Assembly (NCBI GenBank): GCA_009835985.1
Contig: VXWI01000036.1
Span: 81,311 to 145,310, forward strand
From: Acidobacteriota bacterium
Lineage (GTDB): Bacteria > Acidobacteriota > Vicinamibacteria > Marinacidobacterales > Marinacidobacteraceae
Reading direction: 5' to 3'
DNA length: 64,000 nucleotides
Position 1 is the stretch's first letter; each line of letters opens with the position of its first letter. A model generated the notes under the pieces. It saw only the letters and a list, made by a program, of their open reading frames with translations, did not search any database and was not told the DNA's origin. This document shows, piece after piece, positions 38,607-47,326 of this stretch. The position numbers and the translations under genes were made by a program.

Positions 38607-39230
38607 TCAGTCGGAAAGAGTGCCCTTGGTCGAGGGGACGGCGCCGCTCACGACCTCCTTCGCCTCGGCGAAAGCACGGGCAAAAGCCTTGAAGACCGTT
38701 TCAGCCACGTGATGGGCATTCCGGCCGGTGAGCCCGTCCACATGCACCGTGAGCCGCCCCCGGTCGGTGAGGGCCCGGAAGAAGTCCTCGAAGAGCTCGG
38801 TGGGCGTCTCGCCGACCCGTTCGGCGAGGAACGCCACCCGCCAGCCCAGGAACGGCCGCCCGCAGAGATCCACCACCACCCGCGAGAGCGCTTCGTCCAG
38901 GGGTACGTGGGCGGCGCCGAACCGGCGGACTCCCTTGAGATCGCCGAGCGCGTCGGCGAGGCACTCGCCCAGGGTCAGGCCCACGTCCTCCATGGTGTGG
39001 TGGGCGTCCACGTGCAGGTCGCCCTCGGCCTCCACGGTCAGCGAGATCCCGGAATGGCGCGCAAACGCCTCGAGCATGTGATCGAAGAAGCCGATACCCG
39101 TGGAGATCTCCGCCGACGGCTCCGCCGGATCGAGGTCGAGGGCGACCCGGACCCGCGTCTCCCGCGTCTCCCGGAGACGGGCGGCCTGCCGGCGCCGCGC
39201 GGGATCGCCCGCCGGGGCGGAAACGCTCAC
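38607..39230 (-). CDS. hisB: Imidazoleglycerol-phosphate dehydratase
   Basis: TGIGFFDHML, DAHHTMED, NAHHVAETVFKA, PSTKG. Confidence 0.96.
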   Translation of the reverse strand: MSVSAPAGDPARRRQAARLRETRETRVRVALDLDPAEPSAEISTGIGFFDHMLEAFARHSGISLTVEAEGDLHVDAHHTMEDVGLTLGECLADALGDLKGVRRFGAAHVPLDEALSRVVVDLCGRPFLGWRVAFLAERVGETPTELFEDFFRALTDRGRLTVHVDGLTGRNAHHVAETVFKAFARAFAEAKEVVSGAVPSTKGTLSD

Positions 39231-40354
39231 GCGACCGGAGACTCCGGCATTCCCGCGATCTGGAGTTCCGAGGCCTCGACCGGAGAAGACAGCGCATCGG
39301 CGAGCGCGTCCAGGAAGACCACGTTCTCTTCGGGGGTCCCGACGGTCACGCGGAGCGTTCCCTGGAGCAACGGATGGCGGGAGAAGTCGCGCAGCGCGAC
39401 GCCCCGGTCGAGGAGCCGGCGCGCCAGCACCGTGCTCTCCATCGGCGTCCTGAAGAGCAGGAAGTTCGTGTGCGACGGCCAGACGGAGACGTCCGGCACG
39501 GCGGCGAGCCGCGCCGCCAGCGACTCCCGCTCAGCGGTGATCCTGGCGGTCATTTCGAGCAGCGCGTCCCGCTGCCTCATGACCGCGGCGGCCGCCCGGC
39601 AGGTGTACACCCCGACGGGAAACGGCGGCTGCGCGCGGCGGAAGCCCGAGATCGCCTCGGGGACGCCGAGGAGGTAGCCGAGGCGGGCTCCGGCCATGGC
39701 CATCGCCTTCGAGAAGGTCCGGAGCAGGATGACGTTTCCGAATTCATCCAGCAGCGGCCGGGCGGTCTGCCCGCTGAACTCGTGGTACGCCTCGTCGACC
39801 AACAGGAAGCCCGGCGCTGCCGCGGCCAGTTCGCGAAGCGCGCCGAGCGGCAGCAACTGCCCCGTCGGGTTGTGCGGATTCGTGATGAAGACGAGCGAGG
39901 GCCGCTCGGCCTCGATCCGCCGCAGGAACTCCGGGACGTCGTAGGAGAGATCGCCGCAGAGCGACACCGGAGACGGTTCGCCGCCTGCGAGCCGGACCGC
40001 CCAGGGATACATGGAGAAACCCGGAGACGGATAGAGCGCGCGCCGTCCGGCGCCGGTGGTGGCGAGCCCGGTCAACGCGAGCATGTCGTCCCCACCGTTG
40101 CCGAAGGCCACGCCGTCGGGAGTCCAGCCGGCGAGACGGGCGATGGCCTCGCGCACGGCCGGATAGCCTCGATCCGGATAGGGCCTGGCATCGGTGCCCG
40201 CGATCGCGTCCGCCATCGCGCCGAGGACGCCTTCGGGCAGCGGCCAGCGGCTCTCGTTCCAGTCGAGGTAGATCGGGACATCCGGACGCGAGCCGATGTC
40301 GGGGGCGAGCTCGAGCACTTCGGGTCGGATCGCGTCCAGCGGAACGGGTTTCAT
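39227..40354 (-). CDS. hisC: Histidinol-phosphate aminotransferase
   Basis: LDWNES, NPHNPTG, VDEAYHEF, RTFSKAMAMAGARLGY, LRVTVGTPEEN. ATG at 40354. Confidence 0.93.
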   Translation of the reverse strand: MKPVPLDAIRPEVLELAPDIGSRPDVPIYLDWNESRWPLPEGVLGAMADAIAGTDARPYPDRGYPAVREAIARLAGWTPDGVAFGNGGDDMLALTGLATTGAGRRALYPSPGFSMYPWAVRLAGGEPSPVSLCGDLSYDVPEFLRRIEAERPSLVFITNPHNPTGQLLPLGALRELAAAAPGFLLVDEAYHEFSGQTARPLLDEFGNVILLRTFSKAMAMAGARLGYLLGVPEAISGFRRAQPPFPVGVYTCRAAAAVMRQRDALLEMTARITAERESLAARLAAVPDVSVWPSHTNFLLFRTPMESTVLARRLLDRGVALRDFSRHPLLQGTLRVTVGTPEENVVFLDALADALSSPVEASELQIAGMPESPVA

Positions 40355-40382
40355 GCGGGCAATGTAACGAAACCTGGGTTTA

Positions 40383-40563
40383 GCTGCCTGTGGATGAAGT
40401 GACGGGAGCACCGAGAACGGCGAGGCGCCCGGCTGACAAGGCGCGTGAGGGAGGAATACCGGGCGTATTCCGACCGAAACGCAACGATGAGGGCCGCAAC
40501 GCGGCCCGGTTCAGACGGGATGCATCGCCGTTCGAATGCCGCGTGACTTTGTCCACAGGCTGC
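40383..40563 (-). mobile_element. 181-bp MITE between hisD and hisC
   Basis: TA-GCTGCCTGTGGATGAAGT...ACTTTGTCCACAGGCTGC-TA; the right TA is part of the hisD TAG stop. Confidence 0.85.
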
Positions 40564-41942
40564 TAACCCCGTTCAGGAGGGGGCGCGGGAACACCGGAAA
40601 CACTGGTCTTCCCGGGTCCCGCCGCTTCAAAGCGAATGGCGACCGACCGGGCGTGGGCCTCGAATCCCTCGATGCGGGCAAAGCGCTCGAAGTCCCCCCG
40701 GAGCGCCGCGAGGGTCCGCTCGCCGTAACGGAGGACGCTCTGCCGCTTGAGGAAGTCGCCGACCGAGAGCGGCGAGGCGAAGCGGGCGGCCCCGCCGGTC
40801 GGCAGGACGTGGTTGGGACCCGCCCCGTAGTCGGAGGCGGCGACGGGCGAGTGATCGCCGAGGAGGACCGCCCCCGCGCTCGGAAAGCGGTCGGCAAGCG
40901 CCTCGGGGTCCCGCGTCATCACTTCGAGGTGCTCGGGGGCGATCTCCTCCGCGACCTCGACGGCCTCGTTCAGATCCTCGACGACCACCACCGCCCCGTG
41001 GCGGGCGAGCGCGCGGGCGATCGTCGCGGCGTTCGGTTGCCCTTCGGCCTGCCGGACGAGCTCGGCAACCGCCGCCCGGGCGAGTTCGCGCGAGGTCGTC
41101 ACGAGGATCGCCCGTTCCTCGCCGGAGCCGTGCTCGGCCTGGGCGAGAAGATCCGCCGCGATCCAGTCCGCCCGGGCGGTCGCGTCGGCGAGCACCACAA
41201 CCTCGGAGGGGCCCGCGAACGCATCCGTTCCGACGAGCTGACCGAGCTGGCGCTTGGCCTCGGCGACGTACGCGTTCCCCGGACCCACGACCTTGTTCAC
41301 CCGGCGGACCGAGGCCGTCCCGAACGCGAAGGCCGCAATCGCCTGGGCCCCGCCGATGCGGTACACCTCGTGGACTCCGGCCGCGAGGACCGCGGCCGCG
41401 AGGACCGGACTGCGTTCGAGCGCGCCGGGAGGAGTCGCGAGCGCAATCCGCGGAACCCCGGCGACCGCGGCCGGAACCGTGTTCATCAGCACGGTGGATG
41501 GATAGACCGCGGCCCCGCCGGGGACGTACACCCCCGCGGCGGCGATCGGGAGCGATCTCCATTCGAGACGCGAGCCGTCCCCGATGTCCATCCGGAACGA
41601 GGCCTCCCGCTGGCGGTCATGGTACGCGGCGATGCGCGCCCGGGTCCGCCGAAGGAGCGCCCGCGCTTCCGCTCCGGCGCCGCTGGCGCGCGCTTCGAGT
41701 TCCTCCCGGGACACCCGGAGCCGGGACGGATCGAAATCGGGCGCGTCGAACCGGCGCGCCAGGTCGACGAGCGCTTCGTCGCCTTCGCGCCGCACGCGCT
41801 CGAGGATGGCCGCGGTCGCCGCACGAACGTCCTCGCCGGAGCCGTTTCCCTCCGCACCGGCTCGCCGCGGGTCGGCCCGCCAGGCGGCGGCGCCCTCGAA
41901 GAGCGGGACCGCGCCGGGGGGGCCGGGGTCGCCGCTGCTCAT
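40563..41942 (-). CDS. hisD: Histidinol dehydrogenase
   Basis: GVYVPGG.A.YPSTVLM, GPGNAYVAEAK, AGPSEV, QAEH, APEHLE, GPNHVLPT. ATGA overlap with hisG. Confidence 0.96.
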   Translation of the reverse strand: MSSGDPGPPGAVPLFEGAAAWRADPRRAGAEGNGSGEDVRAATAAILERVRREGDEALVDLARRFDAPDFDPSRLRVSREELEARASGAGAEARALLRRTRARIAAYHDRQREASFRMDIGDGSRLEWRSLPIAAAGVYVPGGAAVYPSTVLMNTVPAAVAGVPRIALATPPGALERSPVLAAAVLAAGVHEVYRIGGAQAIAAFAFGTASVRRVNKVVGPGNAYVAEAKRQLGQLVGTDAFAGPSEVVVLADATARADWIAADLLAQAEHGSGEERAILVTTSRELARAAVAELVRQAEGQPNAATIARALARHGAVVVVEDLNEAVEVAEEIAPEHLEVMTRDPEALADRFPSAGAVLLGDHSPVAASDYGAGPNHVLPTGGAARFASPLSVGDFLKRQSVLRYGERTLAALRGDFERFARIEGFEAHARSVAIRFEAAGPGKTSVSGVPAPPPERG

Positions 41943-42562
41943 CCTTCCTCCGTGGCGGCTTCGAGACGCCGGAGCCACGCCTGGAGCTCCGCTGGGCGAA
42001 GCCGGAAGGAGGCGCGATTCACCACCACGCGCGCGGTGCTCTCGAAGAGCGTCTCCTCCTCGACCAGGCCGTTGTCCCGGAGGGTCGCGCCGGTCTCGAC
42101 CAGGTCCACCACGGCGTCGGCGAGATCCATCGCGGGCGCCAGTTCGATGGCGCCGGACAACCGGATCAACTCGAGGGGCACGCCACGCGCACCGAAGTGG
42201 CGGGCCGTCACCGACGGGTACTTCGTCGCCAGCCGCAGCGGCGGCTCGGGCAGCGGCCGGGCCGCCCGTCGGGCCACCACCATCCGGCAGCGCCCCACCC
42301 CGAGGTCCAGCGGCTCGTAGATGTGCGCGGGCTGCTCTTCCAGGATGTCGCGGCCGACCACCCCGAAGTCAGCGACCCCGTGCTCGACGTAGATGGGGAC
42401 GTCGCGGTCCTTCGCGAACAACACCTCCATCCCGTTGTCCCGGAGGCGCAGGCGGCGGTCGGCGCTCCCCTCGGGCAGGGGGACGCCGGCGCGTCCCAGC
42501 AGCCCGGTCACCGCCCGCAGTAGCCGCCCCGTGGGCAGGGCGGCGACGAGCGGGGGGTCCAT
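41939..42562 (-). CDS. hisG: ATP phosphoribosyltransferase, short form
   Basis: ALPTGRL, DVPIYVEHG.AD.GVVGRD, ATKYP, DLVETGATLRDNGL; no C-terminal regulatory domain. Confidence 0.95.
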   Translation of the reverse strand: MDPPLVAALPTGRLLRAVTGLLGRAGVPLPEGSADRRLRLRDNGMEVLFAKDRDVPIYVEHGVADFGVVGRDILEEQPAHIYEPLDLGVGRCRMVVARRAARPLPEPPLRLATKYPSVTARHFGARGVPLELIRLSGAIELAPAMDLADAVVDLVETGATLRDNGLVEEETLFESTARVVVNRASFRLRPAELQAWLRRLEAATEEG

Positions 42563-42650
42563 GGTGGCGCGAAGATTCTAGGATGATGCGCCGGCGGCGC
42601 CACGAACGCGCGCGTCGTGCTCGCGGCCCCCGGGACGCGGCCCGCGCCGG

Positions 42651-43751
42651 TCAGGACGAAGGTTCGAAGCGGACGGCGGAGCCGGCGGCGCGGGCGGCCC
42701 GGGCGGCCCGGAAGCGCGCCGCCAGCGCGCTCCGGGTGTCGGGTCCGCGGGCGACGGATTCGGTCGCGCCCTCGCGGGCGTCCGACGATTCCGGCAGGAT
42801 TCCGGCGATCCGGTCCACGGAGAGCGAGAACCCCACGGCGGGGCGCGGGTCGCCGAAGTTGGCGAGCAGGTCGTTGTAGCGGCCGCCTCCCCCGATCTCC
42901 TGCCCGGCGCCGGGAGCGTGCGCCTCGAAGATGAGCCCGGTGTAGTAGTCGAAGCCCCGGAGTTCGGCCAGGTCGAAACGGAACCGGTCGGCGAGTTCCA
43001 GATCCTCCAGCGCGCGGGAGATCGCGCTCAGCCGCGCAACCCCCTCCCTCGCCCCGTCGGGAAGGGGGCGTCTCCGCGCCTCCTCCAGCACTTCCCGGCC
43101 ACCGAAGAACTCGAGCGCCTCGACCAGCGGACCCGCCCGCTCGCCGAGCGCCCCCCGGATCCGGGACGGATCGCGCCGCCAGAGGCCCCGCAGCGCCTCC
43201 GCGCGCCGTTCGCTCCGATCGGGACCCTCGGGAAGCGCCTCGTCGAGCAGCCCCAGCGGGAAACCGGCGTGGCCGAGGGTGAACACGAACCCGTCCACGC
43301 CCAGGCGTTCGAGGACCTCGAAGGCCACCAGCAGGATCTCCAGATCGGCTCCGGTCCCCGCCGCGAAGTGCTCGATGCCAACCTCCCGGAACGCCGACGG
43401 GCCGAGTCCCCGGCCCGGCCGGCGGACGACCTCCCCGCGGTAGAAGAGCCGCTCGGCCTCCCGGGGCAGCCCGGTGACGGCGGCCCGCGCCGCCAGCGCG
43501 GTGAAGTCGGCGCGGAGGGCGAGCAGATCCCCGCCCTCGGTGAACCGGTAGCTGGACCGCTCCGACCAGCGTCCGCCGCCGCGGGCGAAGACCTCCGCGT
43601 GGTCGAACAGCGGCAGCAGGACCTCCTCGTAACCCCAGCCGCGAAACACCGCGGCGGCGGTCTCCTCGACCCGCCGGCGGCGGCGCGCGGCGTCCCCCAC
43701 ATGGGTGATCGCCCCCGCGGGGGCGCGGAGCAGAGAATCGGTGGACTTCAT
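42651..43751 (-). CDS. hisZ: ATP phosphoribosyltransferase regulatory subunit
   Basis: HisRS-like: WGYEEV..P, LALRADFT, RLFYRGEV, RGFDYYTGLIFE, GGGRYNDLL, PAVGFS. ATG at 43751, upstream of short hisG. Confidence 0.92.
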   Translation of the reverse strand: MKSTDSLLRAPAGAITHVGDAARRRRRVEETAAAVFRGWGYEEVLLPLFDHAEVFARGGGRWSERSSYRFTEGGDLLALRADFTALAARAAVTGLPREAERLFYRGEVVRRPGRGLGPSAFREVGIEHFAAGTGADLEILLVAFEVLERLGVDGFVFTLGHAGFPLGLLDEALPEGPDRSERRAEALRGLWRRDPSRIRGALGERAGPLVEALEFFGGREVLEEARRRPLPDGAREGVARLSAISRALEDLELADRFRFDLAELRGFDYYTGLIFEAHAPGAGQEIGGGGRYNDLLANFGDPRPAVGFSLSVDRIAGILPESSDAREGATESVARGPDTRSALAARFRAARAARAAGSAVRFEPSS

Positions 43752-43756
43752 TCGGA

Positions 43757-44806
43757 CTAGTTTCCAATGTAGCGGGAGACCAGGGTTCGGGCTTCCGCCG
43801 GATCCCCGCTGCCGTGCACGATCGTCCTCCCGTCGGGGAAGACCACCAGGCGGCGGCCGGCGACCTCGAACTGCAGGAGATGGCTCGTGCGTCGCAGCGA
43901 CTCGCGCACCTCCGGCAGTTCGGCGAGGCGGGCGCCCAACTGCTCCAGGAACTCCGGGCCGGCGCCGTTCGGGACCGGCGAGGCGGCGGGCCGCACCTGC
44001 ACCGCGTTCCGGCCGCAGAGCGTCAGCAGCGCTCCGCTCGCGTCCCCTTCGAGGAAGGGGAACTCGCGCCGGCCGCAGGCCGGGCAGTCGGCGTCCGGCT
44101 TCCCGATGTCCATGCGGTAGGCCGTCCGTTCCCAGACGTCGAGGTGCCAGATGCCGGTGGCGAGATCCTCGTCCCGCCCGGCCAGCAGCTTCAGCGCCTC
44201 GGTGACCGCGTAGGACGCCACCGCCTGCACCGCCGGCGCGATCACCCCCGCGGTGTCGCAGGTCGGTGACGCTCCGGGAGGCGGGACGTCGGGAACCACG
44301 CATCGCAGGCATCCGGTGCGCCCCGGCAGCACGGTGAGCGTCATTCCGTAGCTGCCGACGCAGGCGGCGTAGATCCAGGGAGTCGCGGTGGAGACGGCGG
44401 CGTCGTTGATGAGGTACCGGGTCTCGAAGTTGTCGGTGGCGTCGAGAACGAGGTCCGTCCCCGCCATGACCTCCCGGACGTTTCCGGCGTGCAGGTCGAG
44501 CGCCAGCGGTTCGAGCGCCACCTCGGGGTTCACCGCCGCCAGTCTCCGGCGCGCTCCCTCCGCTTTCGGGATCCCCTCCCGGGCGTCCTCTTCGTCGTAC
44601 AGCGACTGCCGCTGCAGGTTGGACGTCTCCACCGTGTCCCGATCCACGAACCGCACGGTCCCCACGCCGGCCCGCACGAGCATGTCCAGCGCGGCGGAAC
44701 CGAGCGCCCCCGCCCCGACCACGAGCACGCGGCCCTGCGCCAGGCGCTCCTGCCCCTCCGGGCCAATGCCGGCGAAGAGCGTCTGGCGGGAGTAGCGGTC
44801 GGACAT
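43757..44806 (-). CDS. ThiF/MoeB-family adenylyltransferase
   Basis: RYSRQ, VVGAGALGS, DRDTVETSNLQRQ, DATDNFETR, CLRC/CPAC Zn motifs. ATG at 44806. Confidence 0.92.
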   Translation of the reverse strand: MSDRYSRQTLFAGIGPEGQERLAQGRVLVVGAGALGSAALDMLVRAGVGTVRFVDRDTVETSNLQRQSLYDEEDAREGIPKAEGARRRLAAVNPEVALEPLALDLHAGNVREVMAGTDLVLDATDNFETRYLINDAAVSTATPWIYAACVGSYGMTLTVLPGRTGCLRCVVPDVPPPGASPTCDTAGVIAPAVQAVASYAVTEALKLLAGRDEDLATGIWHLDVWERTAYRMDIGKPDADCPACGRREFPFLEGDASGALLTLCGRNAVQVRPAASPVPNGAGPEFLEQLGARLAELPEVRESLRRTSHLLQFEVAGRRLVVFPDGRTIVHGSGDPAEARTLVSRYIGN

Positions 44807-44864
44807 GCTGCGGGATAGGAGAAAGTGTAGGACTCGGGACTGCCGCGGCACCCGGGGTGCCCGC

Positions 44865-44880
44865 TGGCACGTCGAATGCT
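44865..44880 (+). promoter_or_regulatory. Possible sigma-54 promoter
   Basis: TGGCACGTCGAATGCT (GG-N10-GC) just upstream of ATG 44898. Confidence 0.4.
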
Positions 44881-44897
44881 TGCGCTTCGCCGAGACG

Positions 44898-45416
44898 ATG
44901 GAGGGACGGATTCTGAGACTCATCTTCGCCCTGCTCCTGCTGGCCGGATCCGGCTGCACGACCATCCAGACGCTGCTTCCGCAGGACACGGCTCCCGATC
45001 CGACGAACTTGCCCGGCGGGGACGGCCCGCTGCGCGCCACCTGTCAGGAGCTCGGCGAGACCGCCGTACAGCAGGTTCCCATTCAGTATCGTGATCGGTT
45101 GGGCCAATCAGTCGCGCTCGTGGCCTACCAGGAATGCATCGAGGTCTTGGTGGTCATGGTGTCGGTGGCCATGGTGGCGGGCGACACGACCCAGGACGGT
45201 GTGGACGCCGTCCGTGCGCAGCTTGCGGGAGCCGACTCGCAATACCTGGCAGATACCTGTGACGACCACTTCCGGTCCTGGCGCTTCCTTCGGAATCCCG
45301 AGATCGGATACCTGAACGCGCTCGAGGGTGCGAGTGCGGGCAATCAGTACGACGGCTGGATGGACCGTTGCTACCGGGTCGTGCGGCCGCTGTCGGTCGG
45401 CGGAGAGGCGCCTTAG
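44898..45416 (+). CDS. Hypothetical lipoprotein
   Basis: MEGRILRLIFALLLLAGSGC lipobox; four further Cys residues. Confidence 0.75.
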   Translation: MEGRILRLIFALLLLAGSGCTTIQTLLPQDTAPDPTNLPGGDGPLRATCQELGETAVQQVPIQYRDRLGQSVALVAYQECIEVLVVMVSVAMVAGDTTQDGVDAVRAQLAGADSQYLADTCDDHFRSWRFLRNPEIGYLNALEGASAGNQYDGWMDRCYRVVRPLSVGGEAP

Positions 45417-45511
45417 CGCCAATTCCCCGCATCTTTCCCGCGGGCGTCCCACTCCGCCTCGCGAGCAGCATCGGATGCGGCGGTAGCATTCCGCCCTTCC
45501 GAGATTTCGTC

Positions 45512-47326
45512 TTGAGAACCCATCTTGCGATGGGGTGCCTGCTCGCCGGGTTGGCGGGTGGCGCACTCCAGGCCGCCGCCCAGACCGCGATCCTGCCGCT
45601 CGACGAAGTGCGGCCGGGAATGGTCGGAGAGGGTCGCACCGTCTTTGCCGGCGAAGAAGTCGAGAGCTTCGGGGTGGAGATCGTCGGGGTGCTCGACGGC
45701 GCCATGCCCGGCCGCAGCATCGTGCTGGCCAACCTGTCCGGCGGCCCCCTCGCCCACACCGGCGTCATGCAGGGGATGAGCGGCAGCCCGGTCTACGTGG
45801 ACGGACGCCTCCTCGGCGCCGTGGCCTACGCCTTTCCCTTCGCCAAGGATCCCATCTGCGGCATCACTCCGTTCGAGGAGATGGTCCGGTTCACCGAGAT
45901 GCCGCTCGGCGCGGGAGCCGCGCCGGGCGTCGCGGCGACGCCGGCGCTCCGGTTCTCGCCCGCCGGAGAGCCGTCGTTCGACCCGGCGCCCGTCCCGGAA
46001 GTCGGTATCGCGCGCGACGGCCGGCAGTTGCTTCCCATCCGGACGCCGGTCGCGGCCAGCGGCCTGAGCCCCGCCGCCCACCGGACCCTGGCACCCGTCT
46101 TCCGTCAGCTCGGGATGGAGCTGTCTCCCGGGGGCTTCACCGGCGCCACGCGCGCCGGCGCGGCGGCGCAGACGGGGGTTTCCCCGCTGAAGCCCGGCAG
46201 CCCGGTGGGCGCCACCCTCATTGGGGGCGACCTGGTGCTGATGGCGAGCGGGACCGTCACCCACGTGGACGAGGCCACCGGCGAGGTGTTCGCCTTCGGC
46301 CATCCCTTCACCGGTCTCGGCACCATCTCCATTCCGATGCAGGCGGCGCGGGTGGAAGCCAACGTGGCTTCGCTCTCCAATTCGTTCCGCGTCACGAGCG
46401 CCGGGAGTCCGATCGGGGTATGGCAGCAGGACCGGGCCACCGGAGTCCGCGGACGCCTGGGCGTCCGCGCCCGGACCATCCCGCTCCGGATACAGGTCGA
46501 GGGGAGCCGCGGCGGCCGCCGTGACTACGACCTCGAGATCGTGGATCACGACCTCTACAGTCCTTTGCTGGCCTTCTCCGCCCTGGTGGCCGTCCTCTCC
46601 CAGGAAGAGCGGCCCGCAGGAACCCAGACCATCCGGCTCGGCGCCCGCATCGGTGTCGCGGACGGGCGCACGCTCGCGGTCGAGGACGTTTTCGCGTCCG
46701 GAGCCGCCGGCGTCCTGACGGGCGCGGCCGCACTCGTGGCGGCTCCGGTGGCGCTCCTGCTCGGCAACCCCGTGGAACGAATCCCGGTGCGGGACATCGA
46801 GGTGGATGTTTCCGCCAGCGAGGAGGCCCAGGCGGCGACGCTCAGCCGCGCCTGGCTGAGATCCTCGCGGGTCCGCCCGGGAGGCACGGCCACGCTCCGG
46901 GTCGCCCTGAGGGATTTCCGCGGGGCGGAAGCGACCCGGGAACTGGAGGTGCCGATTCCCCGGAGCGCCGCGGGGAGCCGTTTGACGCTGCTGGTGGCGG
47001 ACGCCCTCTCGGTGGCGCTCTCCGACCAGCGCCAGGGCGTCACGGGGACTCCGACCCGGGTGGAACAGATCTATCGGGCCATCAGCCGCCACCGCCGGCA
47101 GAGCCGCCTCTACGTGCGGCTCGTGGGATCCGGCCGCAGCGCGGCGGTGGTGGGCGGCGAGTACCTGCCTTCGCTGCCTCCGAGCGTGCGCTCGGTGGTT
47201 TCGCGGGACTCCTCCGGCGGGTTGACCCGGGAACTTCCGGCTTCGGTCCTCTGGGAAGGGCACCTCGACGTCGACGCCACGGTGAGTGGATCGCGGCAAC
47301 TGACCTTGCAGGTAGAGGCCCGGTGA
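45512..47326 (+). CDS. SpoIVB peptidase S55 domain protein (exported)
   Basis: TGVMQGMSGSPVYVDGRLLGAVAY, FAFGHPF. Start is TTG 45512 or ATG 45530. Confidence 0.88.
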   Translation: MRTHLAMGCLLAGLAGGALQAAAQTAILPLDEVRPGMVGEGRTVFAGEEVESFGVEIVGVLDGAMPGRSIVLANLSGGPLAHTGVMQGMSGSPVYVDGRLLGAVAYAFPFAKDPICGITPFEEMVRFTEMPLGAGAAPGVAATPALRFSPAGEPSFDPAPVPEVGIARDGRQLLPIRTPVAASGLSPAAHRTLAPVFRQLGMELSPGGFTGATRAGAAAQTGVSPLKPGSPVGATLIGGDLVLMASGTVTHVDEATGEVFAFGHPFTGLGTISIPMQAARVEANVASLSNSFRVTSAGSPIGVWQQDRATGVRGRLGVRARTIPLRIQVEGSRGGRRDYDLEIVDHDLYSPLLAFSALVAVLSQEERPAGTQTIRLGARIGVADGRTLAVEDVFASGAAGVLTGAAALVAAPVALLLGNPVERIPVRDIEVDVSASEEAQAATLSRAWLRSSRVRPGGTATLRVALRDFRGAEATRELEVPIPRSAAGSRLTLLVADALSVALSDQRQGVTGTPTRVEQIYRAISRHRRQSRLYVRLVGSGRSAAVVGGEYLPSLPPSVRSVVSRDSSGGLTRELPASVLWEGHLDVDATVSGSRQLTLQVEAR

